Source: Pristiophorus japonicus (Eukaryota). From it: 64,000 nt of DNA. The notes beneath the pieces were generated by a model. It searched no databases. It was not told the DNA's origin and worked only from the letters and a program-made list of their open reading frames with translations. Where the stretch lies: the NCBI RefSeq assembly GCF_044704955.1, contig NC_091977.1:510818001-510882000 (forward strand), read 5' to 3'. The translations under genes and the position numbers were made by a program. The stretch's first letter is position 1, and each line of letters opens with the position of its first letter. Positions 24,701 through 37,646 of this stretch are shown piece by piece.

Positions 24701-26461
24701 CTTTGAAAGTCCCGACACCAGGCTGAAATAGTGACTCAAATTTCTGTAGGACCTGTGAGCATGAACTTCGCTCCACAGATGAAATGGCGTGCACATCCTC
24801 CCATTTCCAGTTCATCTCGGCTAGCCAGCTCCTCCCCAAAAGCGCGGGACCATTTCCCGGGATAATCTAGAGTGGCAGCCAGTTCTCTGATCCATTATGT
24901 GTGACCACCAACATTGCACTGCCTAGCACTGGGATGATCCCTTTGGTGTACATCCGTAGTTGCGTGTCAATGCGTTCTAGTTTGGGTCTGCTAGCTCTGA
25001 GTGACCATAGTTTCTCGAATTGTTGGACACTCATAAGTGACTGGCTGGCCCCTGTGTCCAGCTCCATGCGTACCGGGATGCCGTTTAATAGGACTTTCAT
25101 CATCATAGATGGCGTTTTGGTATATGTGCTGTGGATGTTTGCCACACGAACCCACTGAACTTCAGCGTCCATTGCTCTGTCCCAAGCATCAACTTGCCTT
25201 GCAGACCCCTCTTTTGGTTCATCTGCCTCGTAAATTAGCTTCGCTGCGGGCTTCCTGCACATTCTGGCTAAATGTCCACTGAAGTTACAATTTCTACAGA
25301 TAAATTGTTGAAACCTGCAGGTTTTTGCAGCATGTCTGCCCCCGCACCTCCAGCATGAGCTGAGATCGTTGTGAACAAAAGGGTTGTTACCAGGCATTCC
25401 TCTCTGATTGTCTCTTTGATTACTCTTGAGCATTCTGTTAATGGGTGTCAATGGCCCCATCCCGGGACGCATTGTCCACCGTAATGGCGTAAATGTCCGT
25501 TTAACCTGCCATTGTCTCTGTTGAGGACCCACTCTAGAGTCTGTTGCTGCCTGGGTGGTGTCGAATTGCCCTTGCCTGCCTGCGGGGTTCTGAGTCTCGT
25601 TTACAATGTTAACTCCCTCATCCAGAATTGTGCGCGTATATTATCTTGGTTTCCTCCTCCCCCACCATGAAGGTCTGAGCCATCAACGCCGCCGCTTCCA
25701 AGGTCAAGTCCTTGGTCACAATTAGCTTTCTGAAAATCCCGGCATGACCAATGCCCTCAATAAAGAAATCCCTTAACATCTCCCCCCTGCAGGCGTCTGT
25801 GAACTTACAGAGACTGGCCAAGCGCCGAAGGTCCGCAACGAAGTCCGGTATGCTCTGTCCTTCCCGACGTCGGTATGTATAGAATCGGTGTCGGGCCATG
25901 TGTATACTGCTCGCCGGTTTGAGGTGCTCACCGATCAGTTTGCTGAGCTCTTCAAAGGTTTTGTCCGCCGGCTTCTCGGGTGCGGGCAGATCTTTCATCG
26001 GCGCGTACGTCTTAGGTCCACAGCTGGTCAGTAGATGCGCCCTTCGCTTGTCAGCCACTGCTTCTCCCAGCCAGTCCTTCGTGACAAAGCTCTGCTGGAG
26101 CCTCTCAACGAAATCGTCCCAGTCCTCACCAACACAGTACCGTTCCTCTGTGCTACCGGTGGCCATTCTCGTGAGTCGTTGATTCCCGTTTCTCGTCGCT
26201 AAATGTAATGTCCTTACACACTACTATAAATTCACACGAGGCACATTCTGCAGACAAGGTCACTCTGTGACCTGAACCTTTATTCACAGGACCAAGAAGT
26301 GATGACCCTGCGTGGGACCTCCCTTTATATACCTGGATGACCAGGTGAGGAGTGTCTCCCACAAGTTCACCCCCTGTGGTCAAGGTGTGCATTTCTTAGG
26401 TGTATACAGTATGCAGTGTTGTTATGAAGGTTACAGTTACATGAAGGTTACATACATGACA
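21706..26461 (-). mobile_element. Full-length Gypsy (Mag-like) LTR retrotransposon with disrupted gag-pol
   Basis: 258-bp LTRs at 21706-21963 and 26204-26461, TSD CATAC, PBS-like TAGCGACGAG, PPT next to the 3' LTR; gag, two zinc knuckles, protease LDTGA, RT FQDD, RNase H DHKPL, integrase HVDYAGPF..SNGQAER. Confidence 0.96.
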
Positions 26462-26773
26462 CATACTTATTATGACCATTACAAACCCAGTATGAATGCT
26501 ACTGAGACACTTCACAAAGACAGCTCTCTGCTTGTGAGGCACACACCTTCCAATTTCGAGTCTCTCAAACAGCCTTCTCTCACATCTCTTATGCAAAATT
26601 AGGCCTTTGAACTCTATATTCCATGCATAGTATCAATGGTGCATACAAATAATTAACATACAGATGATGTAGACTAAATGACCATTGTCCTGAAATCACA
26701 TCTAACTGCTTCCTGAATGACTGTACACAAACCAGGTGATCAGCAGGAGTTTCTTCGATTCTATGCATAGTAT

Positions 26774-27025
26774 ATATGGAGGAAATGCATCCGGGAGGGC
26801 GCTGAGCACCTCGCGACTCATCGCCGAGAGCATGCAGAAATCAAGCGCAGGCAGCTGAAAGAGCATGCTGCAAACCTGTCCCACCCACGCTTTCCCTCAA
26901 CGACTATCTGTCCCATTTGTGACAGGGACTGTGTTTCTCATATTGGACTGTTCAGCCACCTAAGGATTCATTTTAAGAGTGGAAGCAACCTCGATTCCGA
27001 GGGATTGTGTATGATGATGATGATG
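26774..27025 (+). mobile_element. RTE LINE 3' end
   Basis: (ATG)n tail, 11-bp TSD ATGCATAGTAT (26763-26773 and 27026-27036). Confidence 0.85.
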
Positions 27026-27057
27026 ATGCATAGTATTAATGATACCTACAACTAATT

Positions 27058-27209
27058 CATCATCAAAGGCAGTCCCTCGAAATCGAGGAAGACTTGCTTC
27101 CACTCTAAAAGTGAGTTCTTAGGTGACTGAACAGTCCAATACGGGAATTATAGTCTCTGTCACAGGTGGGATAGACTGTCCTTGAAGGAAAGGCTGGGTG
27201 GGACTGGTT
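27058..27209 (-). mobile_element. RTE LINE 3' end
   Basis: catcatc..ggcagtccctcgaaatcgaggaagacttgcttccac tail. Confidence 0.85.
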
Positions 27210-27769
27210 AACATACAGATGATGTCGACTAAATGATCAGCTCCCCATTGTCCTGAAATCAGGTCTCATTGCCACAATCGACCCCCGCCATGAGGTACTG
27301 TAAACACACAGATGATCAGATTGACACATTTGAATGGCTAAATGGCTCCATATCTTCTAGCAGCCTGTTTTGTGAGACATCCTCTGCTTTGATCCAAACT
27401 TCAATCAGAAAGCTGCTTCAGCTCCAGACTGCACCGAAAGCGAAGCATTTCAGGAAAATGGGATTTCGCTCCAACACCATTTGCTTTTTGAGGGGCAGAC
27501 TGAGGTTCCACCCTGTACCAATCAGTAAAGGAAAACAGCAGAGACCCAACATAACTGGGTACAGCATAGATTCACCAGGATGACACTAGGGACGGGAAAT
27601 GATGGCTATGAGAAGAGATTTGAGATGCTGGGACTATTTATACTGGAGATCAGAAGGCTGAGGATATTTAATAGAGGTGTTTAAAATTATGAAGAGTTTT
27701 AGTAGAGTGTAGAGCAAAACAACAACAACTTGCATTTATATATTGCCTTTAATAAAGAAAAATGTCCCA

Positions 27770-28125
27770 ATTAGTGCTACGCTCCTGCACTTTACCAACA
27801 GCCATGCAAATGTTTCCTTTTCAAATAAATATCCAATCCTCTTTTGAAAGTTATGATTGAATCTGCTTCCACCACTATTTTCAGGCAGTGCATTGCAAAT
27901 CATAACACATCGCTGCTTAAAAAATTTCTCTTCATCTTCCCTATGGTTCTTTTGCCAATTATCTTAAATCTATATCCCTTGGTTACTGACCCCCCTGCCA
28001 ATGGAAATAGTTTTTCCTCATGTATTCTATCAAAATTCTCTCATAATTTTAAATGCCTCCATTAAATCTGCCCTTAACCTTCTCTGCTCTGAGGAGAATA
28101 ATCCCTGTTTCTCTAGCCTCTTCAC
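27770..28125 (-). mobile_element. Old CR1 3' fragment
   Basis: ttttgaaagttatgattgaatctgcttccaccact, matching 39195-39450. Confidence 0.65.
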
Positions 28126-28128
28126 ACA

Positions 28129-31014
28129 ACAAACCTGAAGGCTCTGTGCCTCAATGCGAGGACAATTCGGAATAAGTTGGACGAATTAACTGCCCAGAAA
28201 GCAGTTAACGGATATGATGTAATTGGCATCACGGAGACATGGCTCCAGGGTAATCAAGGCTGGGAACTCAACATCCAGGGGTATTCAACATTAAGGAAGG
28301 ATAGTCAGAAAGGGAATGGAGGTGGGGTGGCGTTGCTGGTTAAAGAGGAAATTAATGCAATAGTAAGGAAGGACATTAGCTTGGATGATGTGGAATCGGT
28401 ATGGGTGGAGCTACGGAACACCAAAGGGCAGAAAACGCTAGTGGGAGTTGTGTACAGACCACTAAACAGTAGTAGTGAGGTTGGGGGACAGCATCAAACA
28501 GGAAATTAGGGATGCGTGCAATAAAGGTACAGCAGTTGTCATGGGCGACTTTCATCTACATGTTGATTGGGCTAACCAAACTGGTAGCAATACAGTGGAG
28601 GAGGAGTGTATTAGGGATGGTTTTCTAGACCAATATGTCAAGGATCCAACTAGAGGGCTGGCCATCCTCGACTGGGTGATATGTAATGAGAAAGGACTAA
28701 TTAACAATCTTGTTGTGCGAGGCCCCTTGGGGAAGAGTGACCATAATATTGTAGCATTCTTTATTAAGGTGGAGAGTGACACAGTTAATTCAGAGACTAG
28801 GGTCCTGAACTCAAGGAAAGGTAACTTCGATGGTATGAGACGTGAATTGGCTAGAATAGACTGGCGAGTGATACTTAAAGGGTTGACGGTGGATAGGCAA
28901 CGGCAAACATTTAAAGATCACATGGATGAACTTCAACAATTGTACATCCCTGTCTGGAGTAAAAGTAAAATGGGGAAGGTGGCTCAACCGTGGCTAACAA
29001 GGGAAATTAAGGATAGTGTTAAATCCAAGGAAGAGGCATATAAATTGGCCAGAAAAAAGCAGCAAATTAAAGGACTGGGAGAATTTTGTAATACAGCAGA
29101 GGAGGACAAAGGATTTAATTAGGAGGGGAAAAATAGAGTATGAAAGGAAGCTTGCTGGGAACATAAAAACTGACTGCAAAAGCTTCTATAGATATGTGAA
29201 GAATAAAAGATGAGTGAAAACATACTGCTGTCAGATTCAGGTGAATTTATAATGTGGAACATAGAAATGGTGGACCAATTAAACACATACTTTGGTTCTG
29301 TCTTCACGAAGGAAGACACAAATAACCTTCCAGAAATACTAGGGAACCGAGGGTCTAGTGAGAAGGAGGAACTGAAGGAAATCCTTATTAGACGGGGAAT
29401 TGTGTTAGGGAAATTGATGGGATTGAAGGCCAATAAATCCCCGGGGCCTGATAGACTGCATCCCAGAGTACTTAAGGAGGTAGCCCTAGAAATAGTGGAT
29501 GCATTGGTGATCATTTTCCAACAGTCTATCGACTCTGGATCAGTTCCTATGGACTGGAGGGTGCCGAATGGAACACCACTTTTTAAGAAAGGAGGGAGAG
29601 AGAAAACGGGTAATTATAGACCGGTTAGCCTGACATCAGTAGTGGGGAAAATGTTGGAATCAATTATTAAAGATGAAATAGCAGCACATTTGGAAAGCAG
29701 TGACAAGATCGGTCCAAGTCAGCATGGATTTATGAAAGGGAAATCATGCTTGACAAATCTTCTGGAATTTTTTGAGGATGTAACTGGTAGAGTGGACAAG
29801 GGAGAACCAGTGGATGTTGCGTATTTGGACTTTCAAAAGACTTTTGACAAGGTCCCACACAAGAGATTGGTGTGCAAAATTAAAGCACATCATATTGGGT
29901 GTAATGTAATGACGTGGATAGAGAACTGGTCGGCAGACAGGAAGCAGAGAGTCGGGATAAACGGGTCCTTTTCAGAATGGCAGTCAATGACTAGTGGGGT
30001 ACCGCAGGGCTCAGTGCTGGGACCCCAGCTCTTTCCAATATACATTAATGATTTGGATGAGGGAATTGAGTGTAATATCGCCAAGTTTGCAGATGACACT
30101 AAGCTGGGTGGCAGTGTGAGCTGTGAGGAGGATGCCAAAATGTTTCAGGGTGACTTTGACAGATTAGGTGAGTGGGCAAACGCGTGGCAGATGCAGTATA
30201 ATGTGGATAAATGTGAGGTTATCCATTTTGGTGGCAAAAACACGAAGGCAAAATATCTGAATGGCGGCAGATTAGGAAAAGGGGAGGTGCGGCGAGATTT
30301 GGGTGTCATGGTACATCAGTCTTAGAAAGTTGACATGCAGGTACAGCAGGTGGTGAAGAAGGCAAATGGTATGTTGGCCTTCATAGCTACGGGATTTGAG
30401 TATAGCAGCAGGGAGGTCTTGCTGCAGTTGTACAGGGCCTTAGTGAGGCCTCACCTGGAATATTGTGTTGAGTTTTGGTCTCCTAATCTGAGAAAGGTCA
30501 TTCTTGCTATTGAGGGAGTGCAGCGAAGGTTCACCAGACTGATTCCCAGGATGGCAGGACTGACATATGAGGAGAGATTGGATCGACTGGGCCTGTATTC
30601 ATTGGAGTTTAGAAGGATGAGAGGGGATCTCATAGAAACATATAAAATTCTGACGGGACTGGACAGGTTAGATGCAGGAAGAATGTTCCCGATGTTGGGG
30701 AAGTCCAGAACCAGGGGACATAGTCTAAAGATAAGGGGTAAACCATTTAGGACTGAGATGAGGGGAAACTTTTTCACCCCGAGAGTTGTTAACATGTGGA
30801 ATTCCCTACCGCAGAGCGTTGTAGATGCCAGTTCATTGGATATATTCAAGAGAGAGTTAGATATGGCCCTTACAGTTAAAGGGATCAAGGGGTATGGAGA
30901 GAAAGCAGGAAAGAGGTACTGAGGTGAATGATCAACCATGATCTTATTGAATGGTGGTGCAGGCTCGAAGGGCCGAATGACCTACTCCTGCAGCTATTTT
31001 TTATGTTTCTATGT
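28129..31014 (+). mobile_element. CR1 (HER1-like) LINE with complete but disrupted ORF2 (APE endonuclease + RT)
   Basis: LCLNARTIRNK, GITETW, SDH, GNYRPVSLTS, YLDFQK, SGVPQGSVLGP, FADDTK; frameshifts and stops; tttctatg tail. Confidence 0.95.
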
Positions 31015-31154
31015 AACACGATAAAGTCCCTCATCCCCGGTATGGTTTGTAACCTGCGACCTCTACCATCTGGAAGGACAAGGGCAGCAGGTGCATGGGA
31101 GTACCATCAGCTGCAAGATCCCCTCCAAGTCACACACCATCCTGACTTGGAAAT

Positions 31155-31465
31155 TGGGTATGGTAGCATAGTGCTTATGTCACTGGTCTAATAATCCAGA
31201 GGCCTGAACTAATGATCCAGAGACATGAGTTCAAATCCCACCACGGCAGCTGGGGAATTTAAAATTCAGTTCATAAATAAATCTGGATTGTCGTAAAAAA
31301 CCATCAGGTTCTAATGTCCTCAAGGGAAGGAAATCTGCCATCCTTACTCGGTCTGGCCTATATGTGACTCTAGACCCACACCATTGTAGTATGACTCTTA
31401 ACTGCCCTCTTAAATGGTGGCTCACCAGCTCTTTCTCTCGGGCAATTAGGAATGGGCAGTAAATA
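31155..31465 (+). mobile_element. Meta-domain-type tRNA SINE
   Basis: ggtagcatagtg..gagttcaaatccc head plus the shared core. Confidence 0.75.
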
Positions 31466-32044
31466 CATAGAAAATAGGTGCAGGGAATAAGGAAGCCTCA
31501 CTGTCAATGACTCAGTTTAAAAGTCAGAAATATCAACCGTGATAACATTGGGTGGTAGGCTGGGATGGGGTGGGGTGGGAAGAATTAACTTATACCTCAG
31601 ACATTCCAAGTCGTTTTTGGTGGAAAGTAAAATCTTTCTGTCTCTGAGCAGCCTCCACTGCCTTTCTGTATTTTTGCTTCCCTTATGTTAGCTTAACGTC
31701 ATGGGGTACATCCAGGTATGATTACACATTCATTCACACGCACATACTCATAGACATGCACACACAAATATGCTCAAATATACATCAATGCACGTACATA
31801 AACAATTCTCAGAACCCAAGTAGGAAAGGACCAGCTTGCGATATATATATATATATATTTTAATTACAATAGTGATCAACACTTGAAAATGCTCCAACTA
31901 TGTTAAAGGTCTGTGATGTCTCAAAATATATGGGAGAGGTACATCCCAGAAACAATATAGCTCTTTGTTGTCATTACATAAATCAGTGTTCAGAGCAGTC
32001 TCGCCACCAGGAATTCCTCTTGCTCTATTATAAAACATATTTTA

Positions 32045-33280
32045 CAGTAGCGTAGTTGTTATGTTACTGGAGTAGCAATACAGAGGCCTGAGCTAATGAT
32101 TCGGAGGCATGAATTCAAATCCCACCACGGCAGCTTGTTGAGATTAACTTAGCACTCTATTCATTCAAATAATCAGGTTAGAGTGCAAACGAATATGGTG
32201 GGTATATCATGTTTAATCGGAGTTTAGTATAGAACATAACACACTAGTTATACAGTAAAAACATATGACCGTGACAAGTAGCGAGTACTGGACTCAATCG
32301 GACAAGACGGCTGGCATGCATGAACAATGCTTTTTATTCCTCTCTCTTTCTGAATTACCCAAGAGTGTTACTGAAGTTAGCATGGTATCTTACCATCCTT
32401 AGGAATCCTTACTTCACCTTCTGCACTGAAGGCTCTTTGGCTCTTGCTTTTATTCTCTTTTTAGGGGTGGGCCTGGGGTAGAATATGGACAAAACCATTT
32501 AACCTATAGAGGTTCCCCTTAAAACAAGGTGCCCAATGGCATTTTGAGTTCTTTGTCTAAACTTACAGATGGAGACCCTCCCTCAAGGGGTGGTCTTCAC
32601 AACCATTACACATGCTTTCTTGTTTATACATTTTGAAGGCCAATCCATCTGGATCCCCCTGTCCTCACCTCATAATCATCATAGGCAGTCCTTCAGAATC
32701 GAGGAAGACTTGCTTCCACTCCTGAAGTGAGTTCTTTGGTGGCTGAACAGTCTAATACGAGAGCTACAGACTTTGTCCCACCTGTCCTCCCAAGGCTAGA
32801 GTCTCTCATACTCATTTTCCAGAAAACAAAACTTACACAGTTCCAGTAAGACACAACTTATACATTAACCTCTTAACCCCTTGTCTCGAGCAGAAACATA
32901 CAATCATTTAAACACAGTATTATTCATGTCACAATTTCATTTGCATACCCATATGCATTTTTAGGAATGCCTAATTTCTAACAAGCTGGCAATTTAAATT
33001 CAGTTAATTAAATGAAGATGGAATTGTAAAAAAGCTAATATCAGTAATGGTGACAATGAAACTACCGGATTGTCATAAAAACCCATCTGGTTAACTGGTG
33101 TTATTTAGGGAAGGAAATCTGCTGTTCTTATCTGGTCTGGCCTATATGTGATTCCAGACCCAATGTGGTTGACTCTTAATTGCCCTCTACAGTTCACAAA
33201 GGCAGCTCATCAGCACCTTCTCAGGGGTAATTAATCTTGCCAGCGGAGTCCCACATCCCGAGAACAAATAAAGCAAAAAC
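32045..33280 (+). mobile_element. Meta-domain-type SINE split by an LTR-like insertion
   Basis: Head at 32045-32135 and body at 32988-33280 rejoin at ggcagct|ggcaatttaaattcag. Confidence 0.8.
32136..32983 (-). mobile_element. Long solo LTR (ERV- or Gypsy-type) containing an RTE tail at ~32672-32777
   Basis: TGTTGAGATT...AATTTCTAACA termini, 4-bp TSD AGCT, AATAAA motifs on the minus strand. Confidence 0.7.
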
Positions 33281-33985
33281 CACAACGCAAGTGTGCATTA
33301 TGAATTTCATCCATTAATTTTAATCAACTGAAAATCATGCCAGGTGGGATGAGCTGAACACCTGGTATTCCTGATATATGTAACTGTCATGTGAAGCTCC
33401 ATGCCAAGAACACCAAACCATACAATTTACTGTTCAGCAGGTCTGTTCCATTAAACTCAATGGATGAACCCTACGATGATATTTAGAAAGATAAAATGGA
33501 AGCACAGAGTGGCACTATGAGTAAGCAGCTGTCACGAATGGTGCCTACAGTGCTACGCAATCCCATTATTAACAAAACGACATCCCCTTATATTCTGCAT
33601 TCTCTTTACAGTGATAATATGCAAGGCGTTGGTGATAAAATTTAAGCTAGAACTCAGCCCATTTTCTGTGCATCGTTTAAAAATAAGCAATGTTTTGATT
33701 GTAAAGTGGTTTGGCAAACCATTCTTACTGGAAAGCCAGAAGAACCAGGCGTTCTTGTCTTCACAGTGCCCTCATGTGTAAGTGACAGGATGATGTGTTT
33801 TAATAGATTGTGCATGTGTTCAGGAACAAGAGGGCATGACGCAAATATGTTTTCACCAGAATGTTGGCCACTTCATGCTTTTTGTAACATTCTGCTTTTC
33901 TTGTGTGGACACGTTGTCGGAGTCGCCTCGTGCCTGAGGAGGAGAACGTATAAACAAGGCGGTGACCGGTTGAATCTTGTTCCAG

Positions 33986-34183
33986 GGTGCCACCCCACTC
34001 CACCTCGCTGCGCAGAATGGCCACACTGCAGTCGTCGGGCTCCTCCTGAGTAAATCCACCTCCCAGCTGCACCTCAAGGACAAGCGAGGCCGCACCTGCC
34101 TGCACCTGGCCGCAGCCAATGGTCACATTGAGATGGCGCGAGCACTGCTTGGTCAGGGGGCCGAGATCAACGTCACGGACAAG
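33986..34183 (+). CDS. trpn1: TRPN1 exon, 2 ankyrin repeats (GATPLHLAAQNGH...GQGAEINVTDK), phase 0-0
   Basis: ttccag|GGT acceptor, AAG|gtgcgt donor, 198 bp. Confidence 0.94.
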
Positions 34184-34714
34184 GTGCGTGAGAAGGAGCA
34201 AGAAACACTGCACTTCTGCAGCTTTGCAATAGGCATTTTTCTATATTTCCTGTCTTCGTTTGTGTGGAGTTTTCTTTCAATTGTTTTTTCTTTCAATTTG
34301 TTTTTTATGCTCAGATTAGATATCTAGAAAAGTACATCCCAAACCATAATACATAACCTGTACACCCAGCCAGTCACGCACCTTTCAATGAGGACTATTC
34401 TTACATTTAGACTGCACTATAGTTAGCACCATTCAGCTGCAGGTGCCTGACACGGTTTCACCAGGTTGTAAATTTCATTCCTCAATTAACGTTAGCGAGT
34501 AGTTAGACTGCAGGTCTCCTGAGGTTTAAAGTACAAAGCAAGACTGCAGCTGATGATGAGCATTCACCAGTTATTTGAGATGTTGCTCAATCATCTTGAT
34601 CTGCTAGTCCTCTGTCATAAAGTGACATTTATTTGTTGCATAAAAAAATTGAAACAATTCACAATGATAGCAACAAACTTTTCTATGTAATTGATTTGTG
34701 TATGTTTGTCTTCA

Positions 34715-34897
34715 TGAATGTTTAGGGAGTTAGATGTGGCCCTTACGGCTAAAGGGATCAAGGTGTATGGAGAGAAAGCAAGAATGGGGTGCTGAAATTG
34801 CAAAAATGATCAGCCATGATCATATTGAATGGTGGCGCGGGCTCGAAGGGCCGAATGGCCTACTCCTGCACCTATTTTCTCTGTTTCTATGTCTATG
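34715..34897 (+). mobile_element. CR1 3' tail
   Basis: gggagttagatgtggccctt...tttctatgtctatg. Confidence 0.85.
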
Positions 34898-34920
34898 TTT
34901 GGAGGCCTGGCACTGTCAGC

Positions 34921-37646
34921 TGCGCATGATGTAATTGGCATTACAGACACATGGCTCCAGGGTGACCAAGGCTGGGAACTCAATATCAAGGGGTATTCAA
35001 TATTCAGGAAGGATAGACAGAAAGGAAAAGGAGGTGGTTAAAAAGGAGATTAACGCAATAGTAAGGAAGGACATTAGCTTGGATGATGTGGAATCTGTAT
35101 GGGTAGAGCTGCGGAACACCAAAGCGCAGAAAACGCTAGTGGGAGTTGTGTACAGACCACCAAACAGTAGTAGTGAGGTTGGGGATGGCATCAAACAGGA
35201 AATTAGGGATGCGTGCAATAAAGGTACAGCAGTTAGCATGGGTGACTTTAATCTACATACAGATTGGGCTAATCAAACTGGTAGCAATACAGTGGTGGAG
35301 GATTTCCTGGAGTGTTGTGTAATGAGAGAGGATTAATTAGCAATCTTGTTGTGCGAGGCCTCTTGGGGAAGAGTGACCATAATATGGTAGAATTCTTCAT
35401 TAAGATGAAGAGTGACACAGTTAATTCAGAGACTAGGGTCCTGAACTTAAAGAAAGGTAACTTCGATAGTATGAGACGTGAATTGGCTAGAATAGACTGG
35501 CGAGTGATACTTAAATGGTTGACGGTGGATAGGCAATGGCAGACATTTAAAGACCACATGGATGAACAATTGTACATCCCTGTCTGGTGTAAAAATAAAA
35601 CGGGGAAGGTGGCTCAACCGTGGCTAATAAGGGAAATTAAGGATAGTGTTAAATCCAAGGAAGAGGCATATAAATTGGCCAGAAAAAGCAGCAAACCTGA
35701 GGACTGGGAGAAATTTAGAATTCAGCAGAGGAGGACAAAGGATTTAATTAGGAGGGGGAAAATAGAGTATGAGAGTAAACTTGCAGGGAACATAAGCTGA
35801 CTGCAAAACCTTCTATAGATATGTGAAGAGAAAAAGATTAGTGAAGTCAAATGTAGGTCCCTTGCAGTCAGAATCAGGTGAATTTATAATGCGGAACAAA
35901 GAAATGAAAGACCAATTGAACAAATACTTTGGTTCAGTCTTCACTAAGGAAGACACAAATAACCTTCTGGGAATACTAGGGGATCGAGCGTGAAGGAGGA
36001 ACTGAAGGAAATCCTTATTAGTCAGGAAATTGTGCTGGGAAATTGATGGGATTGAAGGCCGATAAATCCCCAGGGCCTGGTTGTCTGCATTCCAGAGTAC
36101 TTAAGGAAGTGGTCCTAGAAATAGTGGATGCATTGGTGGTCATTTTCCAACATTCTATAGACTCTGGATCAGTTCCTATGGATTGGAGGGTAGCTAATGT
36201 AACCCCACTTTTTAAAAAAGGAGGGAGAGAGAAAACAGGGAATTATAGACCGGTTAGCCTGACATCGGTGATGGAGAAAATGTTGGAATCAATTATTAAA
36301 GATGTAATAGCAGCATAATTGGAAAGCAGTGACAGGATCGGTCCAAGTCAGCATGGATTTATGAAAGGAAAATCATGCTTGATAAATCTTCTAGAATTTT
36401 TTGAGCATGTAACTAGTAGAGTGGACAAGACAGAACCAGTGGATGTGATGTATTTGGACTTTCAAAAGGCTTTTGACAAGGTCCCACACAAAAGATTAGT
36501 TTGCAAAATTAAAGCATGTGGTATTGGGGGTAATATATTGACGTGGATAGAGAACTGGTTGGCAGACAGAAAGCAAAGAGTAGGAATAAACGGGTCCTTT
36601 TCAGAATGGCAGGCAGTGACTAGTGGGGTACCGCAAGGTTCAGTGCTGGGACTCCAGCTATTTACATTATACATTAATGATTTAGATGAAAGAATTGAAT
36701 GTAATATCTCCAAGTTTGCAGATGACACTAAGCTGGGTGGCAGTGTGAGCTGTGAGGAGGATGCTAAGAGGCTGCAGGGTGACTTGGACAGGTTAGATGA
36801 GTGGGCAAATGCATGGCAGACGCAGTATAATGTAGATAAATGTGAGGTTATCCACTTTGGTGGCAAAAACAGGAAGGCAGAATATTATTTGAAGTGTGGC
36901 AGATTGGGAAAAGGGAAGGTGCAACGAGACCTGGGTGTCATGGTACATCAGTCATTGAAAGTTGGCATGCAGGTACAGCAGGCGGTGAGGAAGGCAATTG
37001 GCATGTTGGCCTTCATAGCGAGAGGATTTGCATATAAGAGCAGGGAGGTCTTACTGCAGTTGTACAGGGCCTTGGTGAGGCCACACCTTGAACATTGTAT
37101 ACAGTTTTGGTCTCCTAATCTGAGGAAGGACATTCTTGCTATTGAAGGAGTGCAGCGAAGGTTCACCAGACTGATTCCCGGGATGGCAGGACTGACATAT
37201 GAAGAAAGACTGGATCGACTAGGCTTATATTCACTGGAATTTACAAGAATGAGAAGGGATCGCATAGAAAAATATAACATTCTGACGGGATGGGACAGGT
37301 TAGATGCAGCAAGAATGTTGCCGATGTTGGGGAAGTCCAGAACCAGGGGTCACTGTCTAAGGATAAGGGGTAAGCCATTTAAGACCAAGATGAGGAGAAA
37401 CTTCTTCACTCAGAGAATTGTGAATCTGTGGAATTCTCTACCACAGAAAGTTGTTGAGGCCAGTTCGTTAGATATATTCAAAAGGGAGTTAGATGTGGCC
37501 CTTACGTCTAAAGGGATCAAGGGGTATGGAGAGAAAGCAGGAATGAGGTACTGAAGTTGCATGATCAGCCATGATCATATTGAATGGTGGTGCAGGCTCG
37601 AAGGGCCGAATGGCCTCCTCCTGCACCTATTTTCTATGTTTCTATG
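34921..37646 (+). mobile_element. CR1 (HER1-like) LINE, APE + RT, disrupted; 411-aa RT/C-terminal frame still open
   Basis: Same family as 28129-31014; ORF 36319-37554. Confidence 0.95.

Noticed and set aside
36319-37554. 411-aa RT ORF (also 29210-30325 and 60180-61271) as a retron, DGR or domesticated gene
   Set aside because: Ordinary CR1 ORF2 fragments with upstream stops and CR1 3' tails
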